In this document: piece after piece, positions 10,063 to 18,110 of the stretch | Numbering within the stretch: position 1 is the stretch's first letter | How the letters are laid out: each line of letters starts with the position of its first letter | Virus record (IMG/VR): IMGVR_UViG_3300044814_000016 | Coordinates: 1-63,666 of that record | DNA length: 63,666 nt | Origin: a virus | Lineage: Duplodnaviria; Caudoviricetes | Direction: 5' to 3' (one strand) | Program-made: the position numbers and the translations under genes | Notes under the pieces: generated by a model | What the model was told of the DNA's origin: nothing | The model's input: the letters and a program-made list of their open reading frames with translations, nothing else | The model's database searches: none

Positions 10063-10511
10063 TAGATCAGATCACCTCCGACTGCCTCAACCGCCGCCAG
10101 GACTTCCATCCGGCGCCGCTCCGGGTCCGCCGCCGCCTTCACAGCGGCCTCTGCCATGTCCTCCCTGATCCGCACGCTCGGCGGCTCGTAATCAGCGGTG
10201 TCAGCGCCCGCGTGCTGGGCGAGCAGCGCCAGGAACCGCAGCTCGTCATCTCGCTCCTGCCGCTTCCGCATGAGCATCTCCGACACCGAGCAGAGCTGCG
10301 ACAGGGTTACCCCGCTGCCCGCTGGCCACGGACGCGCCGTGTCCCGGCCGGCGTCTGACGCGGGCGCGCCGTCCCCTGCGCCCTCGGCTGCTGATGGTCC
10401 TTCGGCGCCGGGATGATCGTCACCTCTCCGGTTTGGAATGAGATAACTTTCTGTATCCGCTCGTCCCTCTCCTCGGGCCCATTCGAGGAGGGCGAGGACG
10501 GCACCGTAGGG
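10062..10511 (-). CDS. Tail assembly chaperone, frameshifted C-terminal part (gpT-like)
   Basis: The frame of ORF 10062..10286 stays open upstream past 10511 and reads PYGAVLALLEWARGEGRADTESYL; it is -1 relative to 10307..10885. Confidence 0.6.
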   Translation of the reverse strand, partial: PYGAVLALLEWARGEGRADTESYLIPNRRGDDHPGAEGPSAAEGAGDGAPASDAGRDTARPWPAGSGVTLSQLCSVSEMLMRKRQERDDELRFLALLAQHAGADTADYEPPSVRIREDMAEAAVKAAADPERRRMEVLAAVEAVGGDLI

Positions 10512-10885
10512 CGGCCGGCCTCCTCCTCCGTCGCCGCCTGCACCCGGTCGTTGATCAGTTGCATGATCTCGACCTGCACCTCGTCGGTGGTCTCGTTGAT
10601 GCGGACGTGCCTCCGCAGCCGCTCGTACTCGGCCTGCCCCATCGCCATCAGCAGCGACTCACTCATGGACGCGACGACAGCGGCCATCGCCTCCGGGTTC
10701 GCCTCCTGCTCCTCCGGCGTCTCCGGTGCGTTCGACACGCGCCGCGCGAGGTCAGACACGTCAAGCATCGACAGCCGGCCCTTGCACTCGAATTCCTCGT
10801 CGTCGAGCTTGAACTTGAATCCCTTGAGGGGATTGACGTCCTCGGCTGACTTCGGGTTCTTGGGCTTCGACGTGAACTCTCGCAC
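10307..10885 (-). CDS. Tail assembly chaperone (gpG-like)
   Basis: Between major tail and tape measure; GRPT motif followed by low-complexity tail. Confidence 0.8.
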   Translation of the reverse strand: MREFTSKPKNPKSAEDVNPLKGFKFKLDDEEFECKGRLSMLDVSDLARRVSNAPETPEEQEANPEAMAAVVASMSESLLMAMGQAEYERLRRHVRINETTDEVQVEIMQLINDRVQAATEEEAGRPTVPSSPSSNGPEERDERIQKVISFQTGEVTIIPAPKDHQQPRAQGTARPRQTPAGTRRVRGQRAAG

Positions 10886-10905
10886 GGCAGGTACCTCCTG
10901 AGGGA

Positions 10906-11472
10906 TCAGGCGCGCGCCGTAGACAGGATCGCCTTGAACAGCCGCGATCCGGTCGCTGGCTTCTCAAGGTTGAATGTACAGGCGATAGTCGCGTTCGCCG
11001 CGCCCTTGGCCCTGGTGATCTTCATCGTCCCGGCCTGGATGCACTGACGGTAGATCCACCTTTCGGTGTGATCCTCGCTCTCGAAGCCGAGCATCGTGCG
11101 GACCTCAGTACCGAGGTCAGGCGGCTCGATCGACACGTAACCCGAACCGGACGCGAAGACACCGCCGTTCATCGCGATGTTCAGGTTCGTGCGGGTGAGC
11201 TGCGACAGGTTGAACGTCACCGTCGAGGTACGACCCGTCGTGGTGTTGACCACCGGGTCAAGCTCCTCGGCCACGAGCACCTGGTCGACGTTCAGCGCGT
11301 AGTCGAACTCCGACCCCGCCTCGGTGTACCCGAGCGCGAGCCACGCAGCCGAGATAGCGGTCCACCCCGGTACTCCGGGTGTGGTCAGGTCGGTCACCTC
11401 AGCGGTGCCGAGCGGCGCTGCGAACAGGTAACCCGGCCCGAGCGCGAGACCAGTAGGGGATCCACGTGCCAT
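10906..11472 (-). CDS. Major tail (tube) protein
   Basis: LGPGYLFAAPLGTAE...W.ALGYTEAGSEF...VAEELDPV pattern of actinophage tail tubes; position. Confidence 0.85.
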   Translation of the reverse strand: MARGSPTGLALGPGYLFAAPLGTAEVTDLTTPGVPGWTAISAAWLALGYTEAGSEFDYALNVDQVLVAEELDPVVNTTTGRTSTVTFNLSQLTRTNLNIAMNGGVFASGSGYVSIEPPDLGTEVRTMLGFESEDHTERWIYRQCIQAGTMKITRAKGAANATIACTFNLEKPATGSRLFKAILSTARA

Positions 11473-11475
11473 CGG

Positions 11476-11748
11476 TCACTCCTCCTTCTTGCCCGGCGCT
11501 TCGGCCGGCTCAGCGGGCGCGGAGTCGCCCTCGGTGTCGTCCGCTGCCTGTTCCGGCCACGGGTGCACGTAGTCGTGCCAGCCGAACTTCTCCACGTGCT
11601 CGACGGGCACCCGGTCCCCGGCGTTGAACGCCCGCACCGGGAACGCCTCCGCGCCCATCTCGGTGCTGACGGGCAGCGTGCGGTCAGCGACGTACCAGGC
11701 GACGGCCGGCTGCGGCTGCCTCACCTTGCGAGCTGTCATGTCACGCAC
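11476..11748 (-). CDS. Hypothetical protein
   Basis: ~90 aa in neck/tail operon; start may be ATG 11739. Confidence 0.6.
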   Translation of the reverse strand: MRDMTARKVRQPQPAVAWYVADRTLPVSTEMGAEAFPVRAFNAGDRVPVEHVEKFGWHDYVHPWPEQAADDTEGDSAPAEPAEAPGKKEE

Positions 11749-12103
11749 CTCCGGGCAGGACGAAAGCGCCGATCGTCACCGACGCGAACGGGACACAGGC
11801 GATGTTGACGTTCCCTGACGCGTCCCCGAACGGGTTCTGCGGGAACGGCCCGTAGATACGGTCGCCGGTTGTCACCTCGACGACGGGCGCGAGCACCACC
11901 GGGGAGATCGTCGTGCCGCCCTGCCCGGTTGAGGCAGGCGGCGTCACGGTCACGGCGACCGTTCCGGCGTTGGTCGACTTCACCCGCAGGAACGTGTTCG
12001 GCCCGGCCGGGAACGTATCCGGCCCGGCGGTGGCGGCGGTCATCGCCGTCGTCATGTTCGCGCCTGCGCCGCGCGTCGCGATAACTGGGACGAGAGCGGC
12101 CAT
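11741..12103 (-). CDS. Small beta-rich virion protein, paralog A
   Basis: Start refined to ATG 12103 after GGAGG; DTFPAGPNT and YGPFPQ shared with neighbour. Confidence 0.75.
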   Translation of the reverse strand: MAALVPVIATRGAGANMTTAMTAATAGPDTFPAGPNTFLRVKSTNAGTVAVTVTPPASTGQGGTTISPVVLAPVVEVTTGDRIYGPFPQNPFGDASGNVNIACVPFASVTIGAFVLPGGA

Positions 12104-12104
12104 G

Positions 12105-12476
12105 TCAGCCTCCTGGGAAGATGAACGCGGCGACGGTGATGCCAGCCCCGTTAGCCGCGCAGGCGAAGTTGACGTTGCCGTTGGCGTCGGCGAACGGGAT
12201 CTGCGGGAACGGCCCGTACAGGCGGAACCCGGTGGTGATCTCAACCACCGGGGCGAGCGCGAGCGGCCCGTCCGTGGTGCCCGCGTCGTCTTGCCCGGCG
12301 GGCGGAGTCACGGTCACGGTGACGGTACCGCCGGTCGTGTTGCGGACCCCGAGGTAGGTGTTCGGGCCAGCCGGGAACGTGTCAGCGGCGGTGCTCACCG
12401 CCCATGCGGCACCAGCCGTATCGAGCCGCCCGCCACCTCCCGTACGGCTCACGGTCGCGGGAACGAGTGCTGTCAT
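12105..12476 (-). CDS. Small beta-rich virion protein, paralog B
   Basis: 123 aa, clear similarity to 11741..12103. Confidence 0.75.
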   Translation of the reverse strand: MTALVPATVSRTGGGGRLDTAGAAWAVSTAADTFPAGPNTYLGVRNTTGGTVTVTVTPPAGQDDAGTTDGPLALAPVVEITTGFRLYGPFPQIPFADANGNVNFACAANGAGITVAAFIFPGG

Positions 12477-12483
12477 TGCTGCC

Positions 12484-12909
12484 TCACTTCAGGAGAACGA
12501 AGTCAGCCGCAGTCTGGAAGCAGTACTGCTCACCGGCATCTGCGGGCTGCGGGACGTAAGCGGGTTCGACGACGTTGTCGGTTGCCAGGACCGTGACGCC
12601 CGTCGCGCCGCACGGCTCCGGGCAGCCGCGCAGCTCGTGGAACGCCGACGCGAGATCAGCGGCAGCCTGCTCGGCGGCCTCAACCGTCCCGGCGTACACG
12701 TACGCCTGTACCCGCGCGATCGAGGGATTGCTCGCCTCAGCGACGAGGCTGCCGAGAGTCCCGGCGGTCGTGCGCGACAGCAGCGCGTACGGGCCGTCAG
12801 CCGGTGAGCGGACACCGTACCCGGCCAGGAACGCGCCGTTCTTCAGGGAGCTGAGGCTAGAGCGGGCGTTGATCCACGCCTGCACCGCGACTTCCGCTGC
12901 CACGCTCAT
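12484..12909 (-). CDS. Tail terminator-like protein
   Basis: Size, position, ARVQAYVYAGT.EAAEQAA pattern. Confidence 0.65.
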   Translation of the reverse strand: MSVAAEVAVQAWINARSSLSSLKNGAFLAGYGVRSPADGPYALLSRTTAGTLGSLVAEASNPSIARVQAYVYAGTVEAAEQAAADLASAFHELRGCPEPCGATGVTVLATDNVVEPAYVPQPADAGEQYCFQTAADFVLLK

Positions 12910-13379
12910 ACGTGAATCGTCCCCCCCATCGACTCCGCGGCTTTCTCGATAAAGTGGACCGCCTTCGTTCCGGGGTGATCAACGTGCGGGCCGAACACCT
13001 GCCCCGTCGCCCGGTTCCGCAGCGGCCACGACCCGTGTGAGTCGATGCTGTGCGGCTTCGTGCCGTCGTTCACGTACGGCCCGTAATCTGCGGTCGGCCC
13101 CACGATGACCTCACCAGGCCCGACACGGAACGCGTGGATGCTGCTGCGCAGGTACCCGGACGGGCGCAACGGGAAGTCACCGGGGTACCTGGTGCCCCCC
13201 GGTACCGTCGCACCGCCGGTCGCGTACACCGGCTGCACTCGCGACACTGGGGTGAGGGCCTTCATCGTGACGACGAGCCGCCCCGCGAAGATATCCATCG
13301 CCGCGACCGACTCGGCACCCTCCGCAGCCCACAGCTTCACCGCCGCGTTGTCCCACTCGACGCGCAGCTCCCCGGCCAT
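12906..13379 (-). CDS. HK97 gp10-like neck/tail completion protein
   Basis: SGYLRSSI...YGPYVNDGTKPH...VDHPGTKAVHFIEKA. Confidence 0.75.
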   Translation of the reverse strand: MAGELRVEWDNAAVKLWAAEGAESVAAMDIFAGRLVVTMKALTPVSRVQPVYATGGATVPGGTRYPGDFPLRPSGYLRSSIHAFRVGPGEVIVGPTADYGPYVNDGTKPHSIDSHGSWPLRNRATGQVFGPHVDHPGTKAVHFIEKAAESMGGTIHV

Positions 13380-13391
13380 GCCCTCACCTCC

Positions 13392-13907
13392 TCACTGGAA
13401 TGTCGTCGGCGGACCCGTGATCGGGAACGTCGGCAGGTAGTCAGCACCGGAACCCGGCGACTTGTCGCCCCACGGCGCGGGCGCGGGAGACGTCCAGATC
13501 GGCAGCAGGTCAACCGCCCCGCCGCCGACCTCAACGGCGAGCGCCTGCCGCAGCGTCGTTATCGAGTCCTTCGCCCGCTGGTCGAGCTGCATGTACAGGC
13601 GGATGTCCGCATCCCGGTTCGGGTACGCGATCTCGATATCCGCCGCCGCCCGCCACTCAGCCGCCGACCGTGCCGCCCACTGGATCTGCTCCGACGCCGG
13701 GGGCACCACGGGGAGTTCACCGACCTGCCCGAGCACCCACGTCACCGCGTCGTCGATCACCGACTGGGCTTGCGCGTCAGAGGGTGTCGTGTTCGCGGTG
13801 AACGTGCCGAGCTGCTTGTCACTGCCCCGCACGGTGTTGTCCCTCGTCCGGGTGGGCACATGCCGGGCTACATCCGAGAGCACAGGAGCCCAGGATTCGC
13901 CCGGCAT
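13392..13907 (-). CDS. Head-tail adaptor-like protein
   Basis: Position after capsid; GTFTANTTPSDAQAQSVIDDA pattern. Confidence 0.6.
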   Translation of the reverse strand: MPGESWAPVLSDVARHVPTRTRDNTVRGSDKQLGTFTANTTPSDAQAQSVIDDAVTWVLGQVGELPVVPPASEQIQWAARSAAEWRAAADIEIAYPNRDADIRLYMQLDQRAKDSITTLRQALAVEVGGGAVDLLPIWTSPAPAPWGDKSPGSGADYLPTFPITGPPTTFQ

Positions 13908-13909
13908 GA

Positions 13910-14224
13910 CTACGCGCCCTTCCGCTGTGAAGCCGCCTGCGTCGCTGTGTGAGTCGTCTGGGCGGTGCTGGTCGCTGGCTTCGCGTCAGGCTTCAGCGCT
14001 GAGTCCTTCGGCTTGTCCGGTACCGCCTTCGGCCGCTCTCCCATCTCCGGCTCAGGCTCAGCCTTGATCAGGCCCATCGCCAGCAGGTGCTCGATCTTCC
14101 CCGGGTCGATCTTCGCGACGTCAGGCGGGAGCTGCGCGAACTCAGGCAGGCCGATGACCTGGATGCCGTCACGGGTCTGCGTCTTGACGTTGATCAGCGG
14201 GGCGATCACCGTGTACGTCGTCAT
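13910..14224 (-). CDS. Hypothetical protein downstream of major capsid
   Basis: 104 aa with Lys/Pro/Thr-rich tail; GAGAGGA upstream. Confidence 0.65.
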   Translation of the reverse strand: MTTYTVIAPLINVKTQTRDGIQVIGLPEFAQLPPDVAKIDPGKIEHLLAMGLIKAEPEPEMGERPKAVPDKPKDSALKPDAKPATSTAQTTHTATQAASQRKGA

Positions 14225-14263
14225 GCGAAACGTCCTCTCTGAGGGGCCTGGTAGGTGTGTGGG

Positions 14264-15193
14264 TCAGGCGGACTTGATGTAGCAGGCCGACGCTGGCTCC
14301 TGCACGATCGGGACGGTCTTGCGGCGGCCCTGGAGGTCCCAGGCGTCGTTCGGCTCCAGGCGGATCGACTTGATCTGAACCGCGAGCTGGTCCATCGCGT
14401 AACCGGGGGCGTCGTCCATCTCGTCGGCCATGCCGCCGAGCTGCGTCGAGTCGAGGACGTACGGCTGCACCGTCGCGCCCGTCCACCCGTAGGGGGACAC
14501 GACGATCGTGAGCCCGGCGAGGATTTCGAGCTGCCCGGTGTACACCGGGTTGTCGGTCGTCTCACGCCGCAGCGCGTTGGTGACCGTCTGGTCGGACATC
14601 ATGTACGCGTACCTGGTGTCGTCCACGAGCAGCGTGTCCGGCTTGTAACCCAGGTTCTGCCCGTAGATCAGCGCCTTCGCGAGGAGGACATCCTGGATGA
14701 TCGTCCGTGTCGTCGCCACCGACCACGCCGAGGCGGTCGTGTAGCTCTGCGTCACGTTCGACTGGATCACGGACATCGCCGTGTTGTCGACCTGCTTGAT
14801 GATGCTGTTGACCGTCTTGCGGAGCGCACGGTCGACCGTCTGGCCGGCGTACACGTTACGAGCGACTTCCTCGTCCGTGACCCGGACCTTCTGGCCCCAC
14901 TTGCTCACCGCCGCGATACCGGCGGTGCCGGTCGGCATGTTCGCCATCGGGTACTCAGCACCCGGACCCACAGCCTCAACGGCACGGTCAGTCGTGAACG
15001 GCTCCGACAGCTCGTACAGGGCTGCGCCGCCGCTGGTGCGGAACCGCTGCGTGAGGAGCTGGTCCGCGATGAACCGCAGGTCACGGTAGTCCCTCAGCCG
15101 ACGCCGGATCTGCGTCGGGCTCTGGAGGAACCGGCTAATAGTTTCGAGGTCGCCCGACAGGGTGGGCGGTGGAGCCGGGTAAGAACCAGGCAT
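14264..15193 (-). CDS. Major capsid protein (HK97 fold)
   Basis: 309 aa; EAVGPGAEYP...KWGQKVRVTDE...GYKPDTLLV; strong GAAGGAG RBS. Confidence 0.88.
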   Translation of the reverse strand: MPGSYPAPPPTLSGDLETISRFLQSPTQIRRRLRDYRDLRFIADQLLTQRFRTSGGAALYELSEPFTTDRAVEAVGPGAEYPMANMPTGTAGIAAVSKWGQKVRVTDEEVARNVYAGQTVDRALRKTVNSIIKQVDNTAMSVIQSNVTQSYTTASAWSVATTRTIIQDVLLAKALIYGQNLGYKPDTLLVDDTRYAYMMSDQTVTNALRRETTDNPVYTGQLEILAGLTIVVSPYGWTGATVQPYVLDSTQLGGMADEMDDAPGYAMDQLAVQIKSIRLEPNDAWDLQGRRKTVPIVQEPASACYIKSA

Positions 15194-15261
15194 CTGTCAT
15201 TCACTCCTTCGTCCCTTGACGGGCTTGCGGATTCTCCCGGCAGGTGCCGGGGAGTCGCGGG

Positions 15262-15654
15262 CTACTTACCGAGCCACTGCACCTTGACGCCGGTCGCGCC
15301 GCCCTTGATGACGGTGCCGAGCATCGAGTTGACGGCGACGGTGGTCGCGGCGATGCCATCGACGTGACCGGATGCGCCGGGCAGCACGAACGTCCCGAAC
15401 GTGAGCGTCCCGCCGTTGTCGTTGATCGACTCGTGGACGATCCCCGGCATCGGCCAGATCGCGACGCGGCCGCTTACCGGCGCGTCGAACGCGGCGACGC
15501 CGAGCACGCCCGTGTCGGTGGTCGCGGAGACCGGGCCGACGAGCTGGTCAGCGACCAGCTTCACCAGCGTGCCGCCGACTACCGCTGTCGTCGCGCCGAC
15601 CGTCTTAGTGAACGGCTCCACGCCGTTCCTGTTGACCGGCTCGTAATCAGGCAT
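15262..15654 (-). CDS. Capsid cement/decoration protein (DUF2190-like), paralog A
   Basis: GVAAFDA, Gly-rich beta pattern; between scaffold and capsid. Confidence 0.7.
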   Translation of the reverse strand: MPDYEPVNRNGVEPFTKTVGATTAVVGGTLVKLVADQLVGPVSATTDTGVLGVAAFDAPVSGRVAIWPMPGIVHESINDNGGTLTFGTFVLPGASGHVDGIAATTVAVNSMLGTVIKGGATGVKVQWLGK

Positions 15655-15670
15655 TTTCTGTCCCTTCCCT

Positions 15671-16108
15671 TCAGATGACCATCCAGCGGACTTTCTGACC
15701 GTCCGCTGCCGTTGTCATGGCCACGCCGAGTACCGAGCGAGCCAGGTTGACCGCCGCGGCAGTGTGCGCCGCGTCGTACGCGGTGGGTTCCTGCCCGGCG
15801 GTGTTCGCGTCCGGGGGCACCGTTTTCACGCCGCGCCCGGCGGTGCCCGTCGAGCACACCATGTCGCCCGCCGTGATCGTCCCGTCCGCCAGCGACTCGT
15901 GCACCGGGCCGCGCGCCCAGAACGACACCCGCGTGTTGATCAGCGTGTCCTCAGCGGCGACGCCGACGACTTTCATCGACGCGAGCGTCGAGCACTTCCC
16001 GACGAGAGCGTTACCGGAGACTTCAAGCACGTCTCCGCCCGTGACCCCAGTCGAGGTCGTCGCGGTGACGATCTCGCCTATCGGGTAGACCGGGTTGTAA
16101 TCGTTCAC
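15671..16108 (-). CDS. Capsid cement/decoration protein (DUF2190-like), paralog B
   Basis: VVGVAAED...GTITAGD...LGVAMTTAADG. Confidence 0.72.
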   Translation of the reverse strand: MNDYNPVYPIGEIVTATTSTGVTGGDVLEVSGNALVGKCSTLASMKVVGVAAEDTLINTRVSFWARGPVHESLADGTITAGDMVCSTGTAGRGVKTVPPDANTAGQEPTAYDAAHTAAAVNLARSVLGVAMTTAADGQKVRWMVI

Positions 16109-16126
16109 AGTCGGGAAGCCCCCTGC

Positions 16127-17914
16127 CTAGATCTGGTTCTGACCGGGGATCGGGTACGTACCAGGCGGGAACAGGTCGCGGTACTCCTGGTCCATCTCGT
16201 CTTCCTCGGTGCCGCCGGGAGACCCGATGTCACCCACGGGAACCGTGTTCTTCTGGAGCCCCGCGAGGAGGTCACGCGTGTTATCCGGGTCCTTGTCCCA
16301 CGCCTTCTCCCAGTAGGAGCGGCGCGCGACGGTGAACTTCCCGGCGCGAATCGCGGCGTCGATGACCTCGTCGCGCTGCTTGACTTCCTGCTGCCTGCGG
16401 TAACGCTCGCCCGCATCGACGCGCTTGTTCATCGCGTCCCAGGTTTCCTTGTCGATCTGCACGACACCCGCCGGGGTGTGTCGGTTGCCAGCGCTGACCT
16501 TCGCGTCAGCGTCCTCGCGGAGCGCCGCGCTCGCCGTGAGGATCGCGTCCTCGGTCAGCTCGTCGTTCTCGCCCAGCCCCAGCGCCTTGCGGAGGTTGGC
16601 CTTCTGCTCGTCGGTGAATTCCACCTCTGAGCCTCCCTTCCCTGTTGCCGCCGCATGTGAATGGGCGTGTATCCCGTCACCCGAGTGGGTGTGCGAGTGC
16701 TCGTGGGTCTGGTCACCGCTCTGCGCGCCGTACGCGCCGTGCTGGTGCGAGTGCGACCCGGTGAACTTGCCGTGCTTCGCGCTGACCCTGCGCGGTGCCG
16801 CAGCCGCGTCGGCGTCACCCCGGTCATCCGGGTCGTCGATGCCGAGCAGTTCCATCAGCTCGTCAGCGATCGACTCGGCGGCGATCACCAGGTCAAGGGA
16901 CTGCGCGATGTCCGGGTCCAGGCTCGACGTGTCGTCAGGGATCAGGTCGGCCGCCTGGTCAAGGGTCGCGTCGAGAGCAGCGACCATCGACTTCACGTTG
17001 TCGTCCTGGTCCATGTCCGCCACCTGAGCGCGGACCTCCTTCAGCCGCGCGAGGGCACGCGGGGCCTTCGGCGGGTCAGTCGCCTTCGGCAGCTTGCGGG
17101 ACTCGTCCTTGGACGCCCAGCGGAGCTGCCCCTTGCCGCCCTTGCCCGCGTTCGCTGGCTCCTTGACGGGCTTGTCGACGTACTCGATTGACACCTCGAC
17201 GGCGTCACCGAACGTCAGGTCTGAGCCCTTGACGGTGATCGGCACGCGGTACACCTTGTTGGTGCCCTCGTCCGCCACGATGAGCTGCAACGGGTCTAGT
17301 TGCAGCTCAGTGATCCACATCGCGTACGAGACGTCGGGGGAATCGTAGTAAGCACGGCGGACGTCCTCAGTGGTGAGACCCGCCGCGAGCACCGGATCGG
17401 CCATCGGCCCTCCTTCAAGGTCGAGTTTCCAGGGGTGGCCAGGGTCCTTCGCAGCCGCCGCAGTGATCAGCGCCTCGACGTCATCGAGGCTGTTCAGCAC
17501 GCCGACACCCGGTGACGCGACACCGAGCAGCGCCAGCCCGGTGATCACGAACGGGTGCAGGTGCCCGATCTGGCACACGAAGTCGTAGGTTCCCTCGATG
17601 GAGCGGTCTGGGTACACCGTCGCCATCGTGTCCCCGAGCCACGCGGGGAGCCCCGTCAGGTCCCCGGTGATCTTGTTGCCCCCGGCGGTGAGGCTCATGT
17701 TCTTCACGAGCCCGACCGCAGGCTCACCGTCGAACCTCGGGTCAACGTGCCCGAGCTTGATCACCGGCACCGGCACCGCCGGGCATGACGTCGCGTCGAT
17801 CGCGTTCGCGAGGTCATCCGTCGTGAACGTCACCTCACCTGTGGACAAGCTCCACTGCCCGGTGGCGATGAGGTCCACGCCGGGGAGTGTCACGAGCTGC
17901 ACCGTGTCAGTCAT
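16127..17914 (-). CDS. Mu gpI-like capsid maturation protease/scaffold protein
   Basis: PVIKLGH.D...EPAVG...YPDRSIEG...ITGLALLG..PGV; C-terminal scaffold (VIDAAIRAGKFT). Confidence 0.82.
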   Translation of the reverse strand: MTDTVQLVTLPGVDLIATGQWSLSTGEVTFTTDDLANAIDATSCPAVPVPVIKLGHVDPRFDGEPAVGLVKNMSLTAGGNKITGDLTGLPAWLGDTMATVYPDRSIEGTYDFVCQIGHLHPFVITGLALLGVASPGVGVLNSLDDVEALITAAAAKDPGHPWKLDLEGGPMADPVLAAGLTTEDVRRAYYDSPDVSYAMWITELQLDPLQLIVADEGTNKVYRVPITVKGSDLTFGDAVEVSIEYVDKPVKEPANAGKGGKGQLRWASKDESRKLPKATDPPKAPRALARLKEVRAQVADMDQDDNVKSMVAALDATLDQAADLIPDDTSSLDPDIAQSLDLVIAAESIADELMELLGIDDPDDRGDADAAAAPRRVSAKHGKFTGSHSHQHGAYGAQSGDQTHEHSHTHSGDGIHAHSHAAATGKGGSEVEFTDEQKANLRKALGLGENDELTEDAILTASAALREDADAKVSAGNRHTPAGVVQIDKETWDAMNKRVDAGERYRRQQEVKQRDEVIDAAIRAGKFTVARRSYWEKAWDKDPDNTRDLLAGLQKNTVPVGDIGSPGGTEEDEMDQEYRDLFPPGTYPIPGQNQI

Positions 17915-18110
17915 CCCGCACCTGCCCGTCTGGCCGCCGCCTGAGTAGCCTGCGCTGCTCCCACAGGCACACCGACTCCTGCGCGTAGTGCCTGCCCCAG
18001 AGCTGCCACTTGAGGAGCCCCCACGCCTTGCGCACCTGACGGCGCAGCCGACGCCACTCGTACCGCAGCCATTCGCTGGTGGTGTCGTCAGCGAGGATCG
18101 GGTCCATCAC
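17907..18110 (-). CDS. Small hypothetical protein
   Basis: 67 aa overlapping both neighbours. Confidence 0.45.
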   Translation of the reverse strand: MMDPILADDTTSEWLRYEWRRLRRQVRKAWGLLKWQLWGRHYAQESVCLWEQRRLLRRRPDGQVRDD

